DNA of 64,000 nt from Octopus sinensis (GCF_006345805.1 NC_043009.1:37448001-37512000), one strand, 5' to 3'; positions 38,650 to 53,265 are shown, numbered from the stretch's first letter. Notes: generated by a model from the sequence alone, not told the origin. Made by a program: numbers and translations.

Positions 38650-40608
38650 TTGTGATAACAGATAGCACACACTGAACTGTCAATATCTGCTAGTAATATA
38701 ACTGCCATCAGTTCGGGGCATCTGGGAGATGTCTGCAGTGCTCACAGTAATGAAATGAGTCAACGTAAACAAGCTAGGTTGATAACGAAACTAGAAAGAA
38801 ATGTTGGCAACCTACTCCACGGAATCTACGTCAACACGAAATATAAAATGAATAACAAGTTCATAGCACACCAACGATATTTTATGAAGATTCTGCTCGC
38901 CAATCCCTTGAGAGAAAATTAGTAACGTTAAAACACCAATTTAAAAAGCTAAGTGAAAACTTTCGTTATATAATTTTATATAATTTTCACTATCAATGAG
39001 GCTAATATTTTTAAAAAATACAAATTTGTTTCTAATCTACAAACTGTTTACCGTATAAATGGAAAATGCATCTTTGTAAGAATATTTTCTCCTCTGGAAG
39101 ATTGTAAATAATTTTGGTCTAAAATCTAATCAGAAAGCATCTCGGCTACATACAACCAAGAATGAATAATCTACCAATATCAGCGGTAAAACTTACATAA
39201 TCAAATTTAAAACCTCCACCAAAAGCTGTGGTTATGTGCTAAGGTTAAAAACAACAAAAGACACCGATGTAACACATAATTTCTGAGTAGATAATCCAAA
39301 AATCTATGTTCAAAATATTTATAATATTGAGAAACATTGATTTAGTTACAACATTTTCAGTTAATACAGAAACTGAAATTGCCCAAAATTAATTTTCTTT
39401 TGATGGCTTAACGCAGAAAAAAACCTTCCAAACCTTAAACCTTCACATCAATGATATCTTCGTCTCCTTCTTTCACACAACGAGAATTACAAATATCTAG
39501 GTGCAGAGTAAAATGCATCGTACAAAAATGACCAATGAATATATCAGATTTACAGCATGGTTGTCGGAGCTTTACTCATATAACAATGTCCTACAATGCA
39601 TGTTTAACGAGTCTCCAGAGAAACTCCACTCCATTAATATTAAAACTTGTAAGCTCCAGATATCTACTGCAAGCTCCCACAGAAATAGTGATGTTCCTGA
39701 GACAAAAAAGGGAGGTGGGAGAAGCTTAAGATGAGTCAGATAGCCTTTAAGTGCCATGTGGTATCCATCACTCAAACAGCAACAGCCACATTACGGTAGT
39801 AAAAGTAAATGCATTAACTATATGCTCAAAAGTAAAGAAAACAACATCCTACAGGACGATAATATGCTCCTCAAGAAGAACTCACATCTCTGATGGCCTT
39901 CCATGTACCCCCAGAATTTTTGGACTAGTATTCCTGAACTAGTATTCCTGGAAAAGAAATGCTTTGCATGCCAAAAGAAAAGGCATGCATGGGTGAGTCT
40001 CCCGTAAACTTAAGAATGATACTGACAACGAGAGGAAATGTAGCCTCTTATGACCTCGTGACCGTTTGGATTCGGCTTTTGCGATCCAAGAGTAGAAGAT
40101 AACTACAAAATACCGAATGGACAAAAAAGTTAGCAAATCCCTTAAAGTCTTTAGATGCACTGAAATACCGATTACGTCACATTCCTCTGTAATATATTAT
40201 ACAAGGGATTAGCAATTTCCCAATAACTACCTTCCAAGCGACATTATATGTTACTGAAACAATATACAATGTCATCCCTAAGACAGACTAACCAGATACA
40301 AATGCAGAGTGCGTTTCTGTTATTTATTACATACAAACTTATCAACACAAGAAATGTTGTTTGACGTTCCCATTAGAACTTCTACCATGTGCGGCTGATA
40401 TAGTGGTTTGGGACAGAAAAAGGTAATTATGTACTGCCAGCGAGACCAGTTACCTCACCTATGTGAATGTTTGTTTCAAAATCAGTGAGAACGTGAATAT
40501 TTACAGGAAGCTGCTTCGAATCTTACGGCATCTCAAATTCATATTTGTACCAATAATTCACATTTATCCCAGAAATTATTGGTGCATTCGGGATTATGTT
40601 ACTAAATA
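38650..40608 (+). mobile_element. Highly degenerate R4/Dong-clade LINE (RT to REL endonuclease)
   Basis: THNF*VDN (FVDD), KYLGAE, SHRNSDV...GGRSLR, FAIQE*KITTKY, DVPIRTSTMC..ADIVVWDRK in the expected order. Confidence 0.75.
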
Positions 40609-41238
40609 GGCATAGGAGTGGCTGTGTGGTAAGTAGCTTACTTACCAACCACATGGATCCGGGTTCAGTCCCACTGCGTGGCACCTTGGGCAAATGTATT
40701 CTACTCTAGCCTCGGGCCGACCAAAGCTTTGTGAGTGGATTTGATAGACGGAAACTGAAAGAAGCCTGTCGTATATATGTATATACGCATGCTGAATCGC
40801 TAGCTTCTGCACGCATTTTTTTCTCTCCTTGTTTCTCTCGGTGTTTCTTTTCTGTGTATCTTTCTGTTGAAGAGCGTAGGCTCGAAACGTAAAAGACTTG
40901 TTTTATTTATATTCCTGAGCGCCATACTAATACAATTGTTTTTTGTACTCCACCTGCTTTCGTCTTTTGTTTATTTTCATAAAGCTTCCCGTTATATATA
41001 TATATGTGCGTGTACGTATGTGTATATGTTTGTGTGTCTGTGTTTGTCCCCCGAACATCGCTTGACAACCGATGCTGGTATGTTTACGTCCCCGTAACTT
41101 AACAGTTCGGCAAATGAGACCGATAGAATAAGTAGTGGGCTTACAAAGAATAAGTCTTGGGGTCGATTTGCTCGACTAAAAGGCGGTGCTCCAGCATGGC
41201 CACAGTCAAATGACTGAAACAAGTAAAAGTGTAAAAGC
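40609..41238 (+). mobile_element. Family A SINE interrupted by a hammerhead mini-element
   Basis: Head at 40609, tail at 41238; foreign 40788-40993 inside the internal microsatellite. Confidence 0.9.
40859..40896 (+). ncRNA. Hammerhead-like motif with CTGTTGA core
   Basis: tcttt-CTGTTGA-a-gagc-gtag-gctc-GAAAC-GTA-aaaga; stems I and II perfectly paired. Confidence 0.65.
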
Positions 41239-41321
41239 GTAAATACATAAATAGCAATTTCTTGGGTTCTCAAACATGGTGAGAACCCAAGAAATTGCTA
41301 TATAAATACAGTCTGTAAACA

Positions 41322-41990
41322 CAAACTGGTTTGTATCCTCCGAATCCGATCGATTAATGTAAAAATTCAAAACATTGTACGTTTCCCGGAATAAATATAT
41401 GCGCTCGGTCATGAATGCGAACGACATGCATATATGCGTATATACATACAAGAGAATACCTACAAAGTTGACCATATTGAGACTGATGGGTCAAAAGAAC
41501 ACTGGTGGAACTTGAACAATTAAAACAGTCATCAAATTAAAACACAACCGGCCAGATATCGATGAGTGGGACTACAGAGAAATGCTATGTTCTGTTGTGG
41601 AAATCAGCTGCCCCTAGACACAAATGTGGTTAGAAAATACGAGAGAAAGAGGACGTCTATGGACAATTTCATATGGAGTTTTCAAATCCAATACTCAAGA
41701 TACATATTCAGTTTCATACCCATTATCATTGAAACAACAGGATACATACCAACCCATCTGGAGCAAAGTATGGCTGAATTTGGATTCTCAGGGATTTAAT
41801 GCAAATCCTTGATTCATATGCAACAAATGATCACGATATCTGGGACTATAAAAATCTGCAAGACCTTCTTATGATTTAAAAGGTGGTGGTTAAATCAAGA
41901 TACTTTCCTTCACAACCTCGCTACCAAGTCGGTGGCTGGTCAAAATTAATTCTAAATTAAAGAGAGAAAGAGAAGACATATATGTATGAT
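41322..41990 (+). mobile_element. R4/Dong-clade LINE 3' fragment (REL endonuclease and 3' UTR)
   Basis: KHNRPDI...VVEISCPLDTNV...FIPIIIETTGYIP...SGTIKICKTFL*. Confidence 0.85.
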
Positions 41991-42155
41991 ATTGATTCAC
42001 ACATGTGCCTCGATACAGGAGATATTGGTAATACATTCCCATTAAAACTTGTGAGAAACGCGAATATAACAGGCCTTTAGTGATTTTTGCAGCATAAAAT
42101 AATTTTTTTAGTTTTAAGGGTTATATCCAGTTTTTGCTGGTTTACAAATCCGGAC

Positions 42156-42750
<595 letters not shown>

Positions 42751-43127
42751 AAATCCGGACTTTTCTTTCGAAATCAGATAAAAAATGAATCTTTACGGAT
42801 AGCTACTTGACAAACTGAAGTTACACAACACATATAAATGTCATCTACACCTAAAATTATTGGTTTACTCCGTGACGTTAGTAAATTTCGAAGTGGTAAT
42901 TTCAAACTTCTGGTGTTTTCAAGCAAATAAAATGACTAGCTAACCTGCACTTTTCAAATACAGTCTGTAAACAGAACGGGTAGGGATAGACAAGAATGTT
43001 CTACGGCTCAAAATTTAAGTGACTACCTTAGTTGTCATCTAAATTATAGCGATTGAACTTCATTAGATACCATCTCCTTCATTATAAGAATTGAAAATAA
43101 GTCAAAATGATACAACGATATAAATGC

Positions 43128-43375
<248 letters not shown>

Positions 43376-43376
<1 letters not shown>

Positions 43377-44058
43377 TATTAGCCACGCAGGGCCAAACAC
43401 AGAAGGACAATACAATGTAGAGTTTTTCTTTTTTGAAATCGATCAAAAAGGAAAGAAAAACATTTTTCTTTTTGGGGGTGGGGGCGTGTAAGCAGGGAAA
43501 TAACACAAAAGTCGTTGTTAAAAATAAGCGTTCCTATAGAGGAGGAAATGTAACATTAACTAGGTCTATCCGTAGAAAGAAAATCCTACGAAAAAGAACC
43601 ACAGTAACCTCGGAAACGAAAAAGAAAAGCATTAACATGAGAGCAATGTGCTCTTTCTTCGTTTTATAGGTTCATGCTCAAGGTGGTTCCGTCATTTATT
43701 CGTACCATCCTTGCCACATTCACGCACCTTTTGTTGACCCTTTCATTAGACAAAACTCCCCTCTCTATTCTGACCTTCCTCTTCAAGCGATACTTGAAGA
43801 AGTTGATGAGAGGTTGACCAGAGAGAAAGTGTTTGTCTCTAAACCTTTCGCACGAGTCCACCACACATTCTTTCACCATAGCCACCAGTACAAGGAAAAC
43901 AGTCTTGTCTTCTCGGATAAAGGAAGGTGGAGGAGCAATGTTCACGATAGACTCTGCCGATAACCGAATTCGTCCCACACGTGACAGCAGCCATTCGATA
44001 TAAGCCCACAGGTCTGAAATGTTTGGACATTGCACAAGTGCATGCAGAACAGTTTCCG
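43376..44058 (-). mobile_element. 5'-truncated Tx1/L1-clade LINE (ORF2 C-terminus and 3' UTR)
   Basis: ETVLHALVQCP...LWAYIEWLLS...FFKYRLKRKVRIER...; stop at 43664. Confidence 0.75.
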
Positions 44059-44405
44059 CCGAGGTCCACTTCACTTTTCAACCTTTCGGAGGTCGATAAA
44101 ATGAGTACCAATTGAGTACTAAGGTCGATGTAATCGACTTACCTCTCCCCAAAATTGCTGCGCCTGTGCCAAAATTTGAAACCAATATATTCTTTTTTAG
44201 ACTAGAAACAAGGCCTGAAATTTGCGGGGAGCGGGCCAGTCGATTATATCGACCCCAGTGCGCAACCGGCACTTAATTTATTGACCCCGAAAGGATGAAA
44301 GGCAAAGTCGACCTCGGCGGAATGTGAACTCAGAACGTAAAGACAGACAAAATATCGCTAAGCGCTTCACCTGGCGTGCAAATGATTCTGCCAGCTCGCC
44401 GCCTT
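44053..44405. mobile_element. Two family B SINE pieces in opposite orientation
   Basis: Plus partial ~44053-44190; minus copy ~44195-44405. Confidence 0.8.
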
Positions 44406-44639
44406 TGAAACCAAATGATTCTGCCAGCTCGCTCTGAATACGTTGATTTCGGACTTGAGTTACATTATGCAACTATTTACACCAATTGTTGCTAACAGTC
44501 GCAAACTGAACTTAAATCAGTAAACAATTTACTGAGCTATATATTTGTGCATGTATGTATGCATGCACACACACACACACACATATATAAAACTGCCACA
44601 AAAGGTGTAGTCACGAAAACGTCCAAAAACAGTCAGCTG

Positions 44640-44795
44640 GAGGAGGGAGAGATTGTTGGACGTTGGCAGGAGAGATTTTCGTAGGTTGGTGAAAAAGATT
44701 GTCGGGGGTTGGTGAGAGAGGTTGTCAGAGGTTGGCGAGAGAGGTCGTCGGAAGTTGTCTAGAGAGGTTGTCGGAGGTTGTCGAAGGTTGGCGAG
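44640..44795. repeat. Degenerate ~20-bp minisatellite (gagaggttgtcggaggttggc-like)
   Basis: Recurrent gaggttg(t/g)cg units. Confidence 0.75.
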
Positions 44796-46392
44796 TTAGT
44801 TATTTGGAGATGTTGAAAAAATGTGTATTAATGCAATGTGTAAATTAATTACAGCAATATATATATAACTGTTTAGATATTGAATGAGAATAGACGTTCA
44901 TTAAAATGTTGTATGAACTGTAAATAAGCAATAAATATTATGATTTGTAAAATAAGTATAACTGATACAGGGTGTCGCGAGTCAGTGTGGTGTGGAAGTT
45001 TGGTTTCATTTTTTTAATAATTTTAAGCATTCAAAGTATGAGTTCATTGTACTGGGACAAACTTATGAAATACGTTGGGGAAGGAAAAATTTATGTACTA
45101 TCCATCGTAAAATTTGAACTTGAAAAATGCAGAATTATCGGAGTTTTGGGCATTCATAGTGTAATGAAATTTAATTGAAAACCCTGCATGCATTGGCAGA
45201 ATTTAGTTATTTGGAGATGTTGAAAAAATTTCTATTAATGCAATGTGTAAATTAATTACAGCAATATGTATATAACTGTTTAGATATTGAATTAGCTTAG
45301 ACGAAGAATAATTGTTTTATTTTGTAAATATGAAACATAATGAATCAGAGACTTACTTGAGATCGCCGTTGTTGCATTAGAGCAGCTTCTAAAGTAGAAG
45401 CACCCAGTCGTACTTTGACTCGTCGTGGCATTTTAAAGTTGAACTTTATGAAGGCTAATTTATTAAAGGTAATATATGAGTGTAGTATATATGTATAGAA
45501 ATAAATGAATGAAGTGTTAGAAGAAAGTGCAATAATAACGTTCACACTCATTGGTGGTCGCTGTCGGTAACTGCGTTTCGCTTACGGGGTTCTTGTTTTT
45601 ATAACTATCGAAAAGCAACCAGAAGGATAGACATATTGTTGAGAACAAATGATTTCGTTGGAGGTCTGTTGTATCTATTCCAACCCCTGCTGGCCTAGAA
45701 GAGGTTAGAAGGGTCAAGTGGCAATGACATTATTCTGCTTAACGGAGGCATCTGGGAAATGTATAACTGCTGTCATTCATAGAAAAACTATTGTTTTACC
45801 GTGAGAAAATCGCTGTTGAAGTGTTAAGTGAAATTTGGCAATCGAGGATCGAATCCACGCTATGCCTGCATGAAGCTACTACAAATACGTTGTGGGAAAA
45901 AAATTATCTACTGTCATGGAAAAGTGTAACTATAAAAAGGCAGAATTATCGGATTATTGGGCATTCAAAAAAGTATGTATGTATAGAAATGTATGAATGA
46001 AGATATTCAAATTAAGGAAGTGCAATAATAATGTTTAGCAGTTCAAAACTGTGACTAGTGAAATACAGAATTAGGTCGGCTGATCGTTGGTTCAAAGTAA
46101 TCGAACATAAGCAATAAAACGGGTTATTTCCCTTGAGTGGTTAAAAAAAGATATTGTGTAGGTGGTGTGAGTTATTTCCCTTGGGTGTTTAAAAAAGTTA
46201 GTTATATAAGGTATATATAAAGTCCCTTCCAAGGGCCGTATTATCGATTTTTTTTCAGCAATCTAAGTATGTCACGAGGTTTCCAGACATGAGTTCTACT
46301 CACGTGTTAAGTTTCATCAAAATCAATAAAACGAAGTAGGAGTTAGCTAAAAACGCCACAAATAAGCACACACCGATTTCCCACATATCTAG

Positions 46393-46463
<71 letters not shown>

Positions 46464-46544
46464 AACATATGCAGAGAGACACAGAGACAGAGATCACGTT
46501 TTTTTAAAGCCCAATGTTAATGCTTTACTTACAGTATAATTAGA

Positions 46545-47120
46545 TTTGACATTCAAAATAGTTCCATTCACTGCAGATGCACCGTTTCCAACATTTTCTT
46601 CTGGTTTTGGAACGTTCCTTAGAACGCATTTTCAGGAGTAATGTGCAGTTTTTGTGACGAAATTACTCAATGTTTTCTATCATCTGATATTAGTGACATT
46701 CCAGGGCAGTTTTCAATATTAAAAGCAAAAATAGTTTTAAAAATCTAGCTGGGGCCAAAGCTGGAGTATGTAGCTGGAAGTGAGACGCGAGAGTCACTTC
46801 AATAATATGGCCCCTGGAAGGAATCTTTATATATACCTTATATAACTAATTGCTTTTTAAACACCCAAGGGAAATAACTCATACCACCTACACAATATTT
46901 TTATTAAACACTCAAGGGAAATAACCCATTTCAACCGATAAAATGTAGTGGAGCAGCCAGATTTTGTATGTCCATGCCTTTTGTCGCTTCTTCAACTCTA
47001 CCTCTTTCAAACGTCTAAGGACAGCCAAGTAAAACTTTTTATCGATCACCTGAACATATCGAACAAACTCTTTACCATTGGTGCCCTTTTCTATATGAGA
47101 AAAAAATTTTCCCTTCGCCT
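46545..47120 (-). mobile_element. Fragmented mariner transposase, interrupted at ~46800-46930
   Basis: KEFV...KFYLAVLRRLKE...KIWLLH and the C-terminal KRCICSEWNYFE-like segment. Confidence 0.7.
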
Positions 47121-47597
47121 TCATATTTGAGCGATTCTGATGTACTTTTTATTTGTTTACTTATTTATTCATTTATTTATCTGGTTTTGCGCACGAGGAT
47201 CAATAATTCAACCCACCACCACTGATTTTCGTTTTGACATCTATAACTATTTCATCAACTTTCACTAGTCCCAAATCAAAAATTTTGATCTAAATTTTGT
47301 TGATCTTTTATCTATGCAATTATCTCTACTTCAAATTTCCTTTTCAACTCCAAGTTGGCTAAATGAGTTTTAGCATCGCAATTACTTTTCTTTCATTCTA
47401 ATTATTATTTTCTGATTCAAAGGCTGCGAGTTTTCAAAATGGTTAGAACGTCAGGCAAGTTACCTTGCGGTATTTGTTTCGGTTCTTTTTATGTTCTCAG
47501 ATCAAACCCCGCTGGGATCAACGGCACTGATAAAGACAAGTAGCAGTACTGGAATCGATATAATCCACTTTTTTCTTTCCAGAAAATTCTTTAATAA

Positions 47598-47634
<37 letters not shown>

Positions 47635-47649
47635 TATTATTATTATCAT

Positions 47650-47684
<35 letters not shown>

Positions 47685-47698
47685 TTATTATTATTATT

Positions 47699-48250
47699 GA
47701 GTGGGGGAGCAGTGCATGCCATCAAAGTGACACTGGGGTAAAAAAATACGAGGCCCAGTATACCCATCATGACTACCCGTCTGATAAGGGTACACCAGGC
47801 ACATGCATCACAACCATATGTGCGCGACATGGTGATCTCATATTAAGATAAACAGCACATGACCTTACAGGTGGAGCCCAGTAAGAATTTTCTTCTGGTC
47901 GAGTAATCCATCCCGCTCAAAAGGTCCCTCAAAAGGGTTGTTTAAGGATGTTGAACGAAACACCCATTTCCAGAGGTGAATTATTCAAACCCCAAAGAAT
48001 CCCGCTCAACACATGGCTATGATGCTCCCCCACTACTTCTGCTCGTGAGCAGATATGCACCTATCGTCAACCACTAAGGGACATGCTCAACTGGTTGGGG
48101 ACAAACAACTGACAAGCAAATCTGTAGTATTGAGCAGAATATTTGCTGTAGCCCGTCTTTTATACAAAGACAAAACAATGTGCATGATAACACTTCCAAT
48201 CAGTTAAGATCAGAAGCCATGAGAGCCACTGCCTGGTACTGCATCAGGGC
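47699..48250 (-). mobile_element. Retroposed interspersed repeat with (AAT)n tail
   Basis: Ends ...ttttaccccagtgtcactttgatggcatgcactgc followed by (AAT)n; partial second copy at 58400-58480. Confidence 0.7.
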
Positions 48251-48292
48251 ACTTATTATCATTATTATTATTATTGTTGTTGTTGTTGTTTG

Positions 48293-48339
<47 letters not shown>

Positions 48340-48341
<2 letters not shown>

Positions 48342-48544
48342 GGCGGTGAGCTGGAAAAAATCGTTAGCACGCTGGACGAAATTCTTAGCGGTATTTCGTC
48401 CGTCGCTATGTTCTGAGTTCAAATTCTGTTGAAGTTGACTTGCCTTTTACCCTTTCGGGATCGATAAAATAAGTACCGGTTGAGTACTCGCGTTGATGTA
48501 ATCGACTACCCCCCTTTCAAACCTTATGACTATAGTAGAAAGGA

Positions 48545-48545
<1 letters not shown>
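48340..48545 (+). mobile_element. Family B SINE embedded in (ATT)n
   Basis: aaggcggtgagctgg head, cctttcgggatcgataaaataagtacc body. Confidence 0.85.
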
Positions 48546-48605
<60 letters not shown>

Positions 48606-48618
48606 CATCATCATCATG

Positions 48619-48704
<86 letters not shown>

Positions 48705-48914
48705 GAAGTATCTATGTATGTATTTTATTGTATTCTTTTTTCTGAATTCATATTTATCGACTATCAACGCTTCCTTAATAAATTCCATATAGGTAACTCT
48801 AAATTTTGTGGAAAGTGTAATCTGTTAATCAATTTATTGGCTGTGATAAAATAATGAAACTATTTGCTATTTGTTGCAGAGTCTGTTCGTTATGCTACAG
48901 CACAACTATATTTA

Positions 48915-49097
48915 CTAGCAGGACCCGTGAATATTTGATGGAATTAATGGTAAATTTATTGGGTTATTTCTGAAAACTTTAACCAAAACCCCTGAAAGTG
49001 TAGCTTGTGTTGTATCAAAAGAGAGTTTCCCATCTACAAATCATTGAAAAGTGAAGAAAATTGGAATACGATGATTGATTAATGCACTTTATATATA
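48915..49097 (-). mobile_element. Short non-autonomous Helitron-like element
   Basis: Minus strand cc(a)tcaaatattcacggg hairpin then cctgCTAG|T. Confidence 0.55.
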
Positions 49098-49755
49098 CAC
49101 TTCATATAGTTTATGTTCAATTTTATAGACTTAATAAACAACACTCTTCCTCTGCCTTTCTCACTCTTCGCCTTGCCCCCTTTCTTTCACTCCTTTTTCT
49201 TTCGTTTTTCGCCTTTCCCTTCAACTAATCATGTGAGAGCGTTGCAGACGGGGCTGAGTAACGAGGAAAACACGTAGTTCGAAAAGAAATTACACATTTC
49301 GCTCACTACCACCTCTCCTTCCACTTCTCCTCCCACATCCACATTCCCTCGCCACGCCCCACACACCCCTTAAACTAATATCTGTTTACTCTACCTTTTT
49401 TTTTACCTTAAATATTAAATATTTAACATAATAAATGTTGTAGGAAATAATCCTAATGTTTTAAGTTTCAAATTTAGTTAATGGAGTTTCTTCTATAAGA
49501 AAAATTATTATTTTATTTATTTTTTAAATAAATATTGTTTAACTCTATTTGCTTATTTATTTAACTATTAATGTTAACCTGAAGATTGACTATAATTTTA
49601 AATTTTTTACTTATTATATATTGATTATTCATATTAATACTTTTTGAGATCTAGATATATGTTTTATAAAAATATTTTTTATTTGTTATTTATGTTTTGA
49701 TTTATGTCTATCACTGTTTGAGTTGCATAATAGTGGTTTTATCTCTAATTTATAT

Positions 49756-49786
<31 letters not shown>

Positions 49787-49825
49787 TGTGTGTGTGTGAG
49801 TGTGTGTGTGTGTGTGTGTGTGTAT

Positions 49826-50037
49826 GTCTGTGTGCCTATGTTTGTCCCCTAACATCGCTTGACAACCGATGCTGGTGTGTTTACGTCCCCGAAACCTAGC
49901 GGTTCGGCAAAAGGAACCGATAGAATAAGTACTAGGCTTACAAAGAATAAGTCCTGGGGTCGATTTGCTCGACCAAAAAGCGGTGCTCCAGCATGGCCGC
50001 AGTCAAATGACTGAAACAAATAATAGAATAAAAGAAT
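49826..50037 (+). mobile_element. Family A SINE 3' half
   Basis: Consensus match. Confidence 0.9.
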
Positions 50038-50093
50038 ATATATATATTTATATGTGTGTGTGTGTGTGTGCGTGTGTGTGTGTGTGTGTGTGT

Positions 50094-50127
<34 letters not shown>

Positions 50128-50130
<3 letters not shown>

Positions 50131-50401
50131 CTTCTCTTTGTTGCTGTACACATTCGCTAGCTTTCTTACAAAAAGGTCTAATGCTCTTAGCTTAGACTTT
50201 TTGGGGAGCAACCAGATCGAACTGTCTCGAGTGTAACTACCCGAAACTGTAAGGACTTCTGGTATACTTGACTGGGGAAAGAAGGCCACGAATGACCTGT
50301 CTTTTTTTTTGCCTATTCTTCTAATTGTTGTTTCTCCTGTCCGCCTTTGTATCGTCTATTTGTCCGAATGTTTATTTCTTCCATTGCGTTTTTGTTCCAT
50401 T

Positions 50402-50432
<31 letters not shown>

Positions 50433-50461
50433 GTGTGTGGTGGTTGTGTGTGTGGTGTGTG

Positions 50462-50511
<50 letters not shown>

Positions 50512-50790
50512 TTTTCTTCTCTTGTTGCTGTACACATTCGCTAGCTTTCTTACAAAAAGGTCTAATGCTCTTAGCTTAGACTTGTTGGGGAGCAACCAGA
50601 TCGAACTGTCTCGAGTGTAACTACCCGAAACTGTAGGACTTCTGGTATACTTGACTGGGGAAAGAAGGCCACGAATGACCTGTCTTTTTTTTTGCCTATT
50701 CTTCTAATTGTTGTTTCTCCTGTCCGCCTTTGTATCGTCTATTTGTCCGAATGTTCTATTTCTTCCATTGCTTTTTGTTCCGTTATAATT
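50128..50790 (+). repeat. Tandem duplication (~384-bp period) of an interspersed repeat; related copies at 54935-55135 and 56830-57110 (minus)
   Basis: ttgctgtacacattcgctagc...ctgtctcgagtgtaactacccgaaactgt...gttcc twice. Confidence 0.85.
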
Positions 50791-50802
50791 ATATATAATA
50801 TA

Positions 50803-50841
<39 letters not shown>

Positions 50842-50844
50842 ATG

Positions 50845-50875
<31 letters not shown>

Positions 50876-51274
50876 TGTGTATGTATGTATGTATGTATAT
50901 ACATGTGTGTGTGTGTTTGTATGTATGTATATATGAAATCTTTTGAAAGATAACCCCAAATGTATTGGTAGAACTGTATACATGTTCAGTCTCATGCGGA
51001 CTTCTCGTGTATAGTTCTTCAAATTACATTTTGCCATGATGATCGCACTGATGAGTTGCGGACAATTAAATAGGTAATTACGTAAGTGGTAACAACGAAA
51101 TCGGGTTTGTGATTAATCTGTATGTTTTGTATCTTTTCATTTGTTTTGCTCGCTTACGTTCAGGCGTTTGCTAAATTTTCTTGATAACAATCTTTTCTTA
51201 ATGGTAAGACCATAAGGGGTCTACTTCTAGCATAATGGATGTCCACTTAGTGGTCATCCCCTCTTATATGTATG

Positions 51275-51344
<70 letters not shown>

Positions 51345-51736
51345 GTTCAACATTTTGGTACAGGTAGGAATGTCTGGTTAAGTAGCTCCACGTAGTTTTG
51401 GGTTCAGTCTCACTCTGCGGCACCTTAGGTAAATGTTTTTCTCTGATATCCCTGGACTGACAAATGCTTTGTAAGCAAATTTGGTTAGAAACTATGAAAG
51501 TCTGTTTTGTATACATGTTTGTATGTATGTGCGTGAATCTTTATGTCTGTGTATGTGTTGGTATGTCTACATCCTCGTAACTTAGTGGCAAAAGACAGAA
51601 AAGCACCAGACTTTAAAAAACAAGTGTAGGGGTCGATTTGTTCAACAAAACTTTTCAAGGCAGTACTCCAGCATAGCCGCAGTTATATGACACAAGCAAG
51701 TAAAATATACAAAATAAAAGAATGTGTGTGTGTATG

Positions 51737-51909
51737 TTCCAAAAATTTAACTAGAAACATAACAAACGGATAATTCACACATAGAATGTTGCTAATTCCT
51801 TGTCCGTTATCGTCCAAGCTATGATCTTTTGGATGATAACTAACAAGGGATTAGCAACGCCCTATGTGTGAATTTTCAGTTTGCTATGTTTCTATTAAAA
51901 TTTTTGGAA
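51737..51909. repeat. Palindromic MITE-like element
   Basis: ttccaaaaattt...aattcacacatag...ttgctaat / attagcaa...ctatgtgtgaatt...aaatttttggaa. Confidence 0.75.
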
Positions 51910-52309
51910 TATATTATTTAATGTAACGCTACACACATTCTTATTCTTTGTTCTTTTATATATATACAGAAAGGGCTGCTAAGCCTGAACGAGTTGAGTT
52001 GGTGAACGCGGAGGAACAAGCTCTGACAGAAGACAGACAAGAATGCGTTTTATCCCTGCGGCTGATCAGAGAGAAAAAAAGAAATTCAAGTTAAGAAAAG
52101 AAAGATGGCCGATGGTCACGTGCAAGCAACGATAGAGAAAAGGCGGAAGAGTGAGAGAGAGAAAGGTACAGACAGAGAACGGCTAAGGGGAGAGGAAAAG
52201 AATTATAGAAAGGATGAGAGAGAAAAACGAAAGGGGGAGAAGGGGAGATAAAAAGAATTAGAGAAAGGAAGAGAAAGGAAATGAAAGAGGAGAAACAGAA
52301 AGAGATAGC

Positions 52310-52352
<43 letters not shown>

Positions 52353-52653
52353 CACACACATACACACACAAACTAGAAATGACTGACGAAGTATCATTAA
52401 TTTTCTAAGCTGTTCAATTTTTCCCAACCAATCAATGGACTTGTAGGGAACTCGCTTGGCCTTACCTGAGATTTGAAACCAAATCTACCCGCTTGTTGCT
52501 TGTCAAAACAAGCGGGAAATCCTCTCCACAGCAGATGATTGATGGGGAAACACTTGACCCATAAGAACCCGTGCTGGTCAAGGAAGGGCCAGTCCTTTGT
52601 TTAGGGTTTGACCTACAACACTGATCGTAGTCGATATAGCAGAGAACGTTTCC

Positions 52654-52769
<116 letters not shown>

Positions 52770-53221
52770 GTCAGCCACACCCTCTTTTGCGTCAGCCATG
52801 ACCAAGAGCAACACTTTCCCTTCGTTCGACAAGGGAAGCTTTCGGCCGCAAGAAAGACGATGCTACATTTATCCTTTCTTCCTTTCTCGTCAGTACCATG
52901 GATTCCTTATTCTTTCCATCTCAACTGGCAGACAGAAACTTGTACACTATCAACTACTACTAACCAGTGAGCCAACCTTTTCGTCACTATCGCTACAATT
53001 ACTACTGTCTCTCTAACTACCTGTCGGGCAAACGAATAAATATATGTAATTAATATTTATATATGTAATTAATATTTCTTCCTTCTTGGTGTTGATTCTT
53101 CCATGTACACTGGTGGCTCTCCGACGCGAGAACCTTCAAGCCACATTTGGTAGTGGGCTACATCATATCGACTTCATATGGCATGTCATTTCACCCCGCT
53201 ACAGACCGATTAAGTAAACTT

Positions 53222-53265
53222 CTCAATGACGAACCTATTGTAATTACTGGAAACAGCTGTAAGCC
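53222..53265 (+). ncRNA. Degenerate hammerhead motif
   Basis: aTGACGA...GAAAC-AGCT-GTA; C3 altered. Confidence 0.45.

Noticed and set aside
38662-38922. 86-codon open frame after an AG
   Set aside because: Lies within the degenerate R4/Dong LINE; better explained as an RT remnant
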